A DNA stretch of 63,844 bases, filler included, from Pelomyxa schiedti (Eukaryota > Protista > Evosea): NCBI GenBank assembly GCA_020536535.1. It is 13 parts of 13 records of this genome, joined end to end, with 100 filler letters (N's around TTAATTAATTAA, not from the genome) between each part and the next. Parts side by side here need not be neighbours in the genome. Positions count along the whole stretch, not along the records: positions 1 to 3,233 come from JAHLWZ010000144.1; positions 3,334 to 8,560 come from JAHLWZ010001512.1; positions 8,661 to 11,123 come from JAHLWZ010001981.1; 10 more parts are not named here. The stretch is one strand, 5' to 3'. This document shows positions 1 to 9,765 of this stretch, piece by piece. Position numbers and translations under genes: made by a program. Under the pieces are notes generated by a model that saw only the letters and a program-made list of their open reading frames with translations, made no database searches and was not told the origin of the DNA. Position 1 is the stretch's first letter. Each line of letters starts with the position of its first letter.

Positions 1-449
1 TGGGCTTCGGTGTATCTCCCGTCATCGCCCTTTGTCATCCTCTTCCTCCACACACCCCACCCGTGCATCCTGTGTTCCTTCGCCGTGTCGTCCCACGCCC
101 AATCGCCCTCCCACACGTCGTAGCCGTTTCTGTGGTGCTGTGCTCCCCTGCGCCAGTGCCCGCCACGCCACAGCCCCTCGTACCACCCACCACGACGGGG
201 GCAGTCGGCGCCCCACCCGTCCGCTACGCCGTTCTTCCACTCGCTGTCGCACGACCCTCCTGACACGAACAGCACTCCGCGGCCGTGCATCTTGTTGTCT
301 TTCCACTCGCCGTTGTACGAGGTGGACGGGCCTGTGACTAGCGTGCCCGTGCCGTCACGCTTGTTTGATACGAGCCGGCCACGGTACAAACCGTCAGGCT
401 GGATCGCATCCCTAACAATTTCTACGCCTGGATTGGCGACGCGGCTCAT
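1..449 (-). CDS. MORN-repeat protein, 5' part (runs off the left edge)
   Basis: Manual minus-strand translation from ATG 449: MSRVANPGVEIVRDAIQPDGLYRGRLVSNKRDGTG...YNGEWKDNKMHGRG...GWYEGLWRGG...WEGDWAWDDTAKEHRMHGWG. These are MORN motifs similar to those at 11338-12381 and 15108-16124. Absent from the ORF track because no stop lies in the window. Confidence 0.85.
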   Translation of the reverse strand, partial: MSRVANPGVEIVRDAIQPDGLYRGRLVSNKRDGTGTLVTGPSTSYNGEWKDNKMHGRGVLFVSGGSCDSEWKNGVADGWGADCPRRGGWYEGLWRGGHWRRGAQHHRNGYDVWEGDWAWDDTAKEHRMHGWGVWRKRMTKGDDGRYTEA

Positions 450-1499
450 CGAGACTCCTTTGATTGTGGATTTCGGTGAAGGGACCAGGAAAAAGACGAA
501 GCTCAACAAGCAGATGCAGATATAAGAGCAACATCATCCATTTCGGAACGATTTCCATTACAGAGAGAAGGAAAAAGCAAAAGAACTGATAGGACTCTCG
601 TTCCCATTGAGTTGTGTGTGATAGTGTCTATCAAGAAGAATTATTTTTGTATTTATTCCTATTTACAATCTTTCTGTGGTACAACGGCGGGTGATTCAAG
701 GAAAGGCCATTAGAATTGTGAATGGCTGGCTAGAGTAGCCCCTTAAAACCCAAGTCGGAAAAATAAATGCAAGTCGGAATTTTAAACTCGAGACGGAAAA
801 CTATTGGCCTGACGGATCAAGTTAAGCAGCAGAGAGAGCTGGCGAGGGGAGAGTCACCAACATTCGACGAAAACTTTTGTTTCACCGAAGGGAACCCTTT
901 TTGGGAGGGTGGGCATCTGGCCGGGCAAGTTGTGTTTAGAAAAAGAAAAGAAGAAAGATTGGCCAACAGATCGGTTCTATTTATTGTGGTGCTGTGGCAG
1001 TGCTGCCACAATCGCATCTGCGGTGCAGTTCCCTTTGGTGCCGGCAAGCGCTACTGTGATTCTGGCATATGCCGGCATCCGCCAGGTCCTGGTGCGACAG
1101 TATTACTAGCAGGGGGCATAGATACAGGAGGGTGCGTGCCGGTTCAGGGAAGCCAATGCAGCGCTGCCAGCAGCTGGTTGGGGGTAGCTGCATGCAGGCA
1201 CAAGCAAAGAAGAAGCTTCTTGCCGTACTCAGCCAGTTGTTCCTGTATGTAGGTGAGCAGAAAGGTAGTAGGCCCAGTGAGAGTATGCCTGTGGTGTGTT
1301 TTCATTTCTGTCAGTGTGGAGGCCAGTCTAGGTACTACAATAGGTTAGATTGCAGTGCAAAGAGAACAAGGGAAATAGACCTACAAGGTGCTACTTCACA
1401 GTGCCGGCAACTTTGAGAAACATTGGGGGTGAGACCTGCACCTCACATGAGACTGTGGAAGAAAAGGGGAGGGGTGCATGCTGGCAAAGGTTATTCTCT

Positions 1500-2580
1500 C
1501 GGTTTTGGGGGCCCTGTGGTGCTGGAGGTGGGTATTGGCTAAGTCCGTTACAGTGTACTGCAGGCAAGTTCAACATTAGGCTTGACCTGTCCACACATGA
1601 GAGTGAAGTATGAATGTGAGGAAGGACATACCAATACTTTCTGTTCCCTGACAGAAATGTTGGGCTATCCTGCTGCACTTGGGTCTGTGCCGAAAAATTC
1701 TTGGCCAGAAGCTCAAGGTTAACTACAGAAAGTATTACCAAATAGAAATGAAAATAGGGATGCGGACCTGAGTAATACCAGCAACTGCCNNNNNNNNNNN
1801 NNNNNNNNNNNNNNNNNNNNNNNNNNNNNNNNNNNNNNNNNNNNNNNNNNNNNNNNNNNNNNNNNNNNNNNNNNNNNNNNNNNNNNNNNAACTTGTTGGT
1901 CTGTTAATTGCATATTGTGGCTCTGCATTTTTCCTCAAGTAGAAGCCACTTCAGGTATGATTGTTTTCCCTTTCTTTCCGCTCCACTTCTAATTGAACTG
2001 TGTAGACTGTTGAGTGTCCAATCTCACCTTCACCTGTGCACACACCCTCCTGGTGAGGTGTTTTCTCTTTTTATTCAACTCCCACTAATGAAGCAGTCTA
2101 GAGGAAACGGCCGGGTTGCAGCACATGACTGTCAGGCATGTTGCCCAATACCAGCAGGTATATTTCCCCCTCCCTCCTTTCTGTTACTCCGGCTTGACCC
2201 CTGTCCACACATGAGAGTGAAGTATGAATGTGAGGAAGGACATACAAATACCTTCTGCTCCCTGACAGAAACGTTGGGCTACCCTGCTGCACTTGGGTCT
2301 GTGCCGAAAAATTCTTGGCCAGAAGCTCAAGGTTAACTACAGAAAGTATTACCAAATAGAAATGAAAATAGGGATGCGGACCTGAGTAATACCAGCAACT
2401 GCCAAAACCGAGCTGTGTCCTTGATTGTCCAACATCAGAGTACCTTCACATGAAGGTTGGGAAAATGCAAATCGGAAGATGGAAGGTACCTTCTCCGTCA
2501 AATGGCCGACAAAACAACGGTGCACTGCCCGAAAGCTGCAGGTGGTGATGGAACGCTGCTCTGCCAACCACTCAGTAAGT
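1500..2580 (+). pseudogene. Possible degenerate DNA-transposase (Mutator-like) remnant
   Basis: Frameshifted peptide pieces CPHMRVKYECEEGHTNTFCS and LCRKILGQKLKVNYRKYYQIEMKIG loosely recall the C-x3-H zinc motif and following helix of Mutator-like transposases. No intact ORF. Confidence 0.25.
1579..2403 (+). repeat. ~210-bp direct repeat pair (1579-1789 and 2191-2403)
   Basis: ggcttgacc(cc)tgtccacacatgagagtgaagtatgaatgtgagg...ccagcaactgcc occurs twice with a few substitutions; the first copy ends at the N gap. Confidence 0.9.
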
Positions 2581-2914
2581 GAGCTGGTGTCTGGGCACAA
2601 GTCAAGCCGGAGTAACAGAAAGGAGGGAGGGGGAAATATACCTGCTGGTATTGGGCAACATGCCTGACAGTCGTGTGCTGCAACCCGGCCGTTTCCTCTC
2701 CTCTAGACTGCTTCATTAGTGGGAGTTGAATAAAAAGAGAAAACACCTCACCAGGAGGGTGTGTGCACAGGTAAAGGTGAGATTGGACACTCTACAGTCT
2801 ACACAGTTCAATTAGAAGTGGAGCGGAAAGAAAGGGAAAACAATCATACCTGAAGTGGCTTCTACTTGAGGAAAAATGCAGAGCCACAATATGCAATTAA
2901 CAGACCAACAAGTT
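1890..2914. repeat. ~310-bp inverted repeat pair (1890-2198 and 2601-2914)
   Basis: aacttgttggtctgttaattgc...ctccggcttgac is the reverse complement of gtcaagccggag...cagaccaacaagtt, with few mismatches. Confidence 0.9.
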
Positions 2915-3233
2915 CACTGGCAAAACGGAGGTTAATTGCACGTGATCAGAGGTCAAGAACGTACCTTCAGTCAACCCACATTCAGGTGGTCTGTGAAAAC
3001 AAAAGAGTCATGCCTGGGTTCCATAACTGGCCTTCATGCAGACAACAACTGCATACCGGAGGCCTGAACACCAGTTGGTACGAAATTAAAAAAGGAATTG
3101 GCTGACAGTGTCATTATGTTATCTGCGCACTGCTTTAAGCCTAAGTTGAGGTGAGAAGGAACAAAACGTAAATGGGAACATCCTACCTTTGTGGTCGAAA
3201 AGCAAGCAACCCCCTCTCAGTCCGCATTAGATA

Positions 3234-3333
3234 NNNNNNNNNNNNNNNNNNNNNNNNNNNNNNNNNNNNNNNNNNNNTTAATTAATTAANNNNNNNNNNN
3301 NNNNNNNNNNNNNNNNNNNNNNNNNNNNNNNNN
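3234..3333. other. Artificial scaffold-joining spacer (44N-TTAATTAATTAA-44N), first of 12
   Basis: Identical spacers at 3234, 8561, 11124, 18293, 20954, 23560, 26283, 27639, 30167, 31307, 45855 and 62568; TTAATTAATTAA places stops in all six frames. Confidence 0.98.
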
Positions 3334-3980
3334 GATTGACAACTCCACTCATGGGACTCGACTATACTAACAACAATAAAGGAATGACAAAGAAGCAACG
3401 CCAAAAGCTCAGCGACTGTGCGCCACTACCAACTGTACCAACTGTATGAACCCCTTATGACAACTTTGGGCTTGTACATTCTCAACCCCTCAACACAGAA
3501 TGGAGTGGAGCACACAGTACTTACAAAAAAGATTGCGTTGAGGGAAATTGGAGGTAGTTATATCCAATTGTGGCCTTCCTATCTCCCATCAGCCACCGGG
3601 ATAATTGTGTGTAGCCCAAATTTTCGGAAATCATATAACCTTAACGTCATCGATTGTAGTTTGTTGTGGATGGTGTAAATAATGCCCAACTATCTGGCTC
3701 ATTGATGTTGCTTATGACGCTCCTGACAAATCCTGAGTTGGAGAAAAAGCGTAAGGCAGTGATTCTAAACAAGTGGTATGGGGTTCCAGTTTGGCCTTTG
3801 TTTTACTGAATGTTTCACAGTGACACACCACACTGCATGAGTCAATTGCAGCTCAGAGAGATTGGTAATTTTGATCAAGTGACTTTGGAGTCCCCCTTTT
3901 CCATTTTTGCAACAAGTTGTCTCAATGGAGACGGGATTGAGAGTATTTACAGTTGGCTACAAACATCCAAAAAAGTCTGA
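3334..3980 (+). CDS. ARL16: ARF-like small GTPase ARL16 homolog, 5'-truncated, 3 short introns
   Basis: Spliced translation ...PLPTVPT|NGVEHTVLTKKIALREIGGSYIQLWPSYLPSATGII|FVVDGVNNAQLSGSLMLLMTLLTNPELEKKRKAVILNK(C)|DTPH...ATSCLNGDGIESIYSWLQTSKKV*. RE(I/L)GG replaces WDxGG, which is typical of ARL16; G4 is NKCD. Confidence 0.8.
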
Positions 3981-4101
3981 AGCCACTTCCATTGCGACCC
4001 CATAAAGAAGAAGGAAGTTTTTTAATACATGGCTCATTTTGGTTCTGGAAAATAATCTTCCCTCACTGAAAAAAAGTAGGAGGAGGTACTATTGTTTTAT
4101 G

Positions 4102-5640
4102 TCAGAGCCCATCATTACTGCTGTAATCATCACTTGAAAGCTCTTCATCATCACTTTCTCCACTACACATGGAACATATTTGGCGAAGTACTTTCTGGGC
4201 AAGGGAGTTGTTTTCAGCAGCAACCAGTCTGATGAACTTTACTGCTGTTCTTTCATCCACAGTACCCACTCCGGTGCCATCTAGGAAGCGGGTGCCAAGT
4301 ATGAGCCTTGAATTGCAGTCACCACGAGAAGCTGCCTGGTAGAACAGCCCAAGCGCTTTCTTGGTGTCCTTGACAACACCATTACCCCAGAAGAAGCAGT
4401 TGCCCAGGTAGTACGCTGCCCCTGTTAGCCCAGCATCCAGGGCCTGCTGGTAAAGAACGACAGCCTTGTGGAAGTCTTGCTCAACACCTGTTCCTTCGTA
4501 GTAGCACCTACCCAGGTTGCACATGGCAATGGGGATCCCATTCTCAGCAGCCCTCTGAAACAATGCCGCTGCCTTGTGGAAGTCTTGTTCAACTCCCAGT
4601 CCACAGCCGTAACACACAGCTAGGTCATAGGCGGAACCTGTGTGGCCACAAGCAAGGGCAAGCTGGTAGAGTTCAGCAGCCTGGCGGGGGTCTCTCTCAA
4701 CACCTGTTCCGTTCCAGTAACACTCAGCCAGGTTGTGAATAGCATCACTGAGCCCCGCTTCAGCACCTCTCTGATACAATGCTGCTGCTCTGGCAGTATC
4801 CTTGTCAACCCCTTGGCCATGGAGATAACAGCTCCCAAGGTCGTTGGCTGAACTGGTGCAGCCGGCATCAAGGGCCTGCTGGAAGAGAACTGCTGCTTTG
4901 TGGAAATCTTGCCTGGCACCGATGCCTTTGTAGTAACACTCAGCCAACTTGTGGGTTGCCCAGGGACTTCCTCCATGCGTGACAACATGTGTGTAAAACG
5001 AGAGGAGCTCATCAGGTGTTGGAGGTTCGATGACATCCATCAGGAATCTGTGAGCATCCACAAGGGGAGTCCTCTTTGAGGGTTCGAACTGGAGCAACCC
5101 GCGAACGAGGTCACAGAACTTCTTTGGGAATGCTGGTGGCTGAATCGGGAACGACTCTTCACTCTCGAGTTCAGGGTATCCAGGGAGTGGTGGGTGCTGT
5201 TGGCCAACAGCACCCATTGCAAATTCAAACAGAATGCATCCAAGTTCAAATGATCCTTGCTGTTTTTTTTTTGATCAGATATTGGAAGAAGGGAGGACAT
5301 TCCACACAAAACTGAAATTCCTTCCCACAATTACACTACCACCTCCGCCTCCACCATCGGCACCACTTGTTGTTGTTTCCAAATTTTCTGCCAGCACCTG
5401 TTGTGTACTTGTTGTTGTTGTTGTTGTTGCCTTTCTCCTCCTTTTCACCTCTGGTTGTTGCGCTTCTTGTTGTTGTTGTTGCTGTTGTGGTTGCGACTCG
5501 GTGGCGTCATCGCCAGCTGCGTCGTCGTCGAGTCTGACGCGAGCCGTCTCCTCCAACCGCTTGAAGAACGCGGCCCGGTCCATCTCCGAGGCACAGGGAG
5601 AGGAACACCTTGGTTTGTAGCCGTGAGTATTATGGGACAT
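4102..5640 (-). CDS. Sel1-like (SLR) repeat protein preceded by a kinase C-lobe remnant and a low-complexity first exon
   Basis: About 7 SLR repeats (e.g. ATHKLAECYYKGIGARQDFHKAAVLFQQA). Upstream QGSFELGCILFEFAMG...HPPLPGYP...DLVRGLLQFEPSKR resembles kinase subdomains IX-XI. GT-AG intron at ~5248-5307. Confidence 0.85.
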
Positions 5641-5751
5641 TGTGTCGCGGGGATCGTCGTTTCCGCGCACACCACGACCACCGTCCTTCATCGATGAACG
5701 ACCACCGGCTTTGATCACCTTGATGAAATCCTTTTTGCGGAATCGTCGTTC

Positions 5752-6046
5752 CACCGGAGTGTAAGTCAAATGAGAAAAACAGAATTTTTTAGTGAGCAAG
5801 GCAGGGTGAAGCGGCCCGATTTTGCCGGGATTTGTTGATGTTTTGTGCCGCGGGGCGGTTGGCGCGGCGCCGCGGCGGCAGCGCGGCGTGTGTGTTCGTT
5901 GAATCGGGTCTCGCCGCGGCTGCGCGGCCTTGACATAAATGGGTTTTGGTGATTGTTCAGTGGCTTGTGTCTTTTGATTATCGCTAGAACCAAAAAAAAA
6001 ATCGACGAGGGGAGGCCATGCCGCCCTGGGGTGAAGAGGAACAAGC
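5752..6046 (-). repeat. Dispersed ~300-bp GC-rich repeat, left copy of an inverted pair
   Basis: Reverse complement of 7066-7366; the core ccatttatgtcaaggccgcgcagccgcggcgagacccgattcaacg...ttgctcactaaaaaattc is nearly identical. Confidence 0.9.
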
Positions 6047-6539
6047 AGTGGACAACCAGTACCCATTTGCTTTTTGTTGTCTTCTTCGCCACAACTTGTT
6101 ATTATTTTATTTATCGGAGTGTTTTTGATTTTATTATTTAACGAATTTATTTTTACATAATTATAATGTATTAACGTCTTTCTTATTAATTAAATTATTA
6201 GATAATAATTAAGTTTAAAATTATTAAATTACGCCTCCAGTTCTTTTTTCCATTCAACCTGTATTAGAAGTCTCCGCATTACACCGGTATTTACGGCAGC
6301 TTTCCACCAGTATGTGGCTTCTTCTTTCTTCGTTTCTCACGTAGGATAATTTAGGTGCCGGACGTGGTGTCTGTAATCCCAGCTGGCTAGGTAACTTCCT
6401 TCTGTATTTTATTATACTGGCACAGTGGTATGTTGTTTTTTTTTACAGCTGCGCCAGATGGCAACCGCCAACGTACATCCCTCCCCCCTCGTCGTCCCAC
6501 TCAAAGTACTAGGTACCAGACCGAATTCCTCACACTCAC

Positions 6540-6681
6540 TCTCACCATCCTCACCTCACACCTCTATGTACAAGCCTGAAGTCGAAATCGACAAAAACAA
6601 AATCGTGCCACGTTTTTTTAAATCCACATTTTGGCGTGAAGTGGGCGTTGTGGGTACGCATGAGAGTGAAAGAGTAAGAAG
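6540..6681 (+). repeat. ~140-bp segment shared (inverted) with 10947-11123
   Basis: tctcaccatcc...cctctatgtacaagcctgaagtcga...gggtacgcatgagagtgaaagagtaagaag is present on both scaffolds; one frame reads PR(F/Y)FKS(T/P)FWREVG(V/I)VGTHESERVR. Confidence 0.8.
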
Positions 6682-7065
6682 CATACATCCTTCTTAGTGC
6701 TGAAAGAACAGATGGAATTTACCTTGCCCGCTGGAATGATAGTGGGAAAAAGAAAACAAAGAAACAAGAAGCCACATACCAGTGGAAGGCTCGAAAATAC
6801 ATTAAATGGGTGCGGCAATGCTGTAGGCCTTATTACCTTATTACAAGGCGTAAATGCGCAAAAAATTACTTTTAATTAAATTAATAATAAATAATTAATA
6901 AATAAAATATAAATAGAAATAATATTTTTTATAATATTATATTATAAAATATAATAATAATAAATAGAAATATATTAAATATTTAATATATAAAATTAAT
7001 TGATTCAGAAATAAAACAATTAATATTAGATGGAACGACGTGATGGAAGAGACAAGGCGGGTACC

Positions 7066-7366
7066 GCTTGTTCCTCTTCACCCCAGGGCGGCATGGTCTC
7101 CCCTCGTAGCAGCGATTTTTTTGATGGTAGTGGAGATAAACAAAGAGGCAAGTCACTGCACAGTCTCCACAACCCCAAACATGCCATTTATGTCAAGGCC
7201 GCGCAGCCGCGGCGAGACCCGATTCAACGAACACACACGCCGCGCTGCCGCCGCAGCGCCGCGCCAACCGCCCCGCGGCACAAAACATCAACAAATCCCG
7301 GCAAAATCGGGCCGCTTCACCCTGCCTTGCTCACTAAAAAATTCTCATTTGACTTACACTCCGGTG
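7066..7366 (+). repeat. Dispersed ~300-bp GC-rich repeat, right copy of the inverted pair
   Basis: Matches 5752-6046 (inverted) and 27739-27871 (direct); ends gacttacactccggtg. Confidence 0.9.
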
Positions 7367-7419
7367 TAAGATCAGAGACCCACAAGATGTACTACTCCTG
7401 CGCGTCAGCGTCGTTTTCA

Positions 7420-7655
7420 GCAGCAGTGAGTCAGAAGAACTTTGAAGCCGTGCATAGCACAATCCAAGCCCACAGGCTGACACGTTGCACCCAGAATCCA
7501 GTGCCTGCTGGTAGAGAACTGCTGCCTTGTGGAGGTCTTGCCCAACACCAGAACCAAAGTTGTAACACCAGGCCAGACTGTGAATCGCGACAGGGCAACC
7601 ACCCTTGGCAGCCCTCTGATACAGTGCTACTGCTCTGGCTTCAAACTTTCGTAAA
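7420..7655 (-). pseudogene. Sel1-repeat gene fragment
   Basis: Minus strand reads ARAVALYQRAAKGGCPVAIHSLAWCYNFGSGVGQDLHKAAVLYQQALDSGCNVSACGLGLCY. An in-frame stop lies upstream, there is no ATG, and it abuts the 300-bp repeat. Confidence 0.7.
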
Positions 7656-8660
7656 GGTCAGAGGGTAACCAACATAGAGGACCTGACCCTTACCAACTAC
7701 CATGAGACCCACGAAGATAGGAATACTGCCTCCCAGCAGCATCAATGGGATTGTCATTCCACTTCCATGGGAAGAGTATCCAAACACTAGTATACACACA
7801 GGATCAGTCAGTATGGAAACTACAGGTGCTGGGCAAGCAACAACAGGCTGTGGAGATTTGTGTTAATTGCGATTACAAAAGTGGAGATAATAACACACTA
7901 TGGGCTGAAGTCATGGAAATAAGCTCCTGCCAACCCAGTCAGGCTTTTGCCCAAGAATCAGGCTTTGTGTGCTTCTGTGGGATGTAGTTTGTTGTGAGAC
8001 GACAAAGCAGAGACCAAGAACGAGATCAAGAAAGGATTCTATTATTTGTTCTGTTTTGTTGTTTGTTTGATTTATGAGGTTTGGGTCGTGATTCTAAGGT
8101 CGGAGTGTGTCGGGCTTATCAGGACTCGAAAACGACTTGAAATCGAGGTGAACGATCGGGTAGATTTCCGCGAACTTGATTTCCGAAGATGTCAGGTCCG
8201 AGTGCTGACTCAGCAGGTCAGTCTCTCAGTCTTGGTGTTCGTGCTCGTGCTCGCGGAGAGTTTGCTTGTGTATTCTACAGAATCACACACACTCTTGAGA
8301 TCAGAGATCAGTTCTTCTGAAAAAGCGAAAACGAAAAGTGGTGCTACGGCGTTCTGTTCGCAAGTCACTTGCGTCGTGCGTCGTATCAGTTCATGTCCGG
8401 TGTTGCATGGAGTTGTTGTCATTTGGATAACGAAGTGGATGGTGACTCTGCGGAGGTGTGCCGCAGTGTTGTTGATGATGCTGGTGTAGAGTTTGTCCCA
8501 CCAGAAGGCCTTTGGGGTTCTACAGGCCCAATTGGGGGGTTCAAACTCCTTGTCATCCAGNNNNNNNNNNNNNNNNNNNNNNNNNNNNNNNNNNNNNNNN
8601 NNNNTTAATTAATTAANNNNNNNNNNNNNNNNNNNNNNNNNNNNNNNNNNNNNNNNNNNN

Positions 8661-9765
8661 CTCATTTATTTGTTGTTTTTTCTTCTCGGTTATTATGGTA
8701 GAACCTCTCATTTTTTTCTAGTCTTGCTTAAATGAAGTCTTAGGAAAGACAGTGTGTAGAGCCGGATTTTGCTGGCATTTGTGTACCGCATGGCAACTAG
8801 CAGAACAACAGGATTTTCACCTTTCTACCTTGAGCATGGGAGGGATGCCCAGACTCCAGGGGCGATGGCTGGGATGGGTGAGGAGGTCTTGGTTGGTGGG
8901 CAAGCCGAAAGGGTGACCAAGAAGGTACTGGAGGCGTGGCGGCTGGCACAACGGACAGCAGAGCTCATACGGCAGGCATGGGATGATGAGCGCACCAAAG
9001 CCAGAACAGCCACAGAAAGGAAGTTCAGGGTAGGGGATCTAGTGTATGTCCTATGGACAGGCAGACACAAGGACAGGGAGCTAGGCAAACTGGCACAAGT
9101 GGAAGGGCCTGTACCGCATCACAAGTCTCCCCATGAATGGGGCTGCCACTGGCTGAGATGCCACAACCGGAGTTTTCACGGCACTTGTTGCTGGGGGATC
9201 AACCACAGCTGGTTTAGTTTTGCTCTTGGGTCGTGATACTGGTGGTAAAAATGGGGAGGTGGCCCACTCAGTATACTTTTCATTGTTTGCTTCTGTGGGC
9301 TTGAGAATAAGTCCCACAGAGGAAGAAAACAAGTGAGAGTGAAGAGAATAAAGAGTGTTCTCTTGTTTGTTTGGTTGTTGTTGTTGTAAGGGGGTAAAAA
9401 GGGAGTGTGTAAAATCACAGAGCAGTTGTGTGATTGGGTTAAAAGGCTGTGATGTTCAAATGGATTCTCGGACAAGTGTGCATGTGATCAAAACCGCCTG
9501 CCGCGTTCTTATTGCTGTATTTGTGCATGTAGGCCGCCTGGTCCAGCCAAAGATTCCAACACTGAGAAAAAGACTGGTGTGTGCACTCACTCATCCAGAA
9601 GAACCAGTAGTACCGCAAAAAAGACTGCTCTACAACACAAAGAGATATAACCAGCAAAATGCGGCTCTACACACTGTCTTTCCTAAGACTTCATTTAAGC
9701 AAGACTAGAAAAAAATGAGAGGTTCTACCATAATAACCGAGAAGAAAAAACAACAAATAAATGAG
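8661..9765. repeat. ~104-bp inverted repeats (8661-8764 and 9662-9765) flanking a gypsy fragment
   Basis: ctcatttatttgttg...gtgtgtagagccg is the reverse complement of cggctctacacac...caacaaataaatgag; no mismatch found by eye. Confidence 0.9.
8769..9240 (+). mobile_element. Ty3/gypsy integrase C-terminal fragment (post-core and GPY/F region), frameshifted
   Basis: LAFVYRMATSRTTGFSPFYLEHGRDA...KFRVGDLVYV...KLAQVEGP; a -1 shift gives WKGLYRI/GPY-like text. Possible polypurine tract aagggggtaaaaagggag at 9388-9405 followed by TG. Confidence 0.8.

Noticed and set aside
3278-3289. Recurrent TTAATTAATTAA as a biological motif (PacI-like site, CRISPR repeat or recombination site)
   Set aside because: Always centred in exactly 44N+44N; it is an assembly linker with stops in six frames.
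6357-6390. gccggacgtggtgtctgtaatcccagct resembles the 7SL/Alu 5' domain
   Set aside because: No downstream SRP S-domain helices, Pol III terminator or poly(A) tail; flanked by AG/GT like an exon. Likely chance similarity.
7030-7668. 212-aa plus-strand ORF spanning the repeat
   Set aside because: Composed of the GC-rich repeat plus the antisense of a Sel1 fragment; no independent coding evidence.
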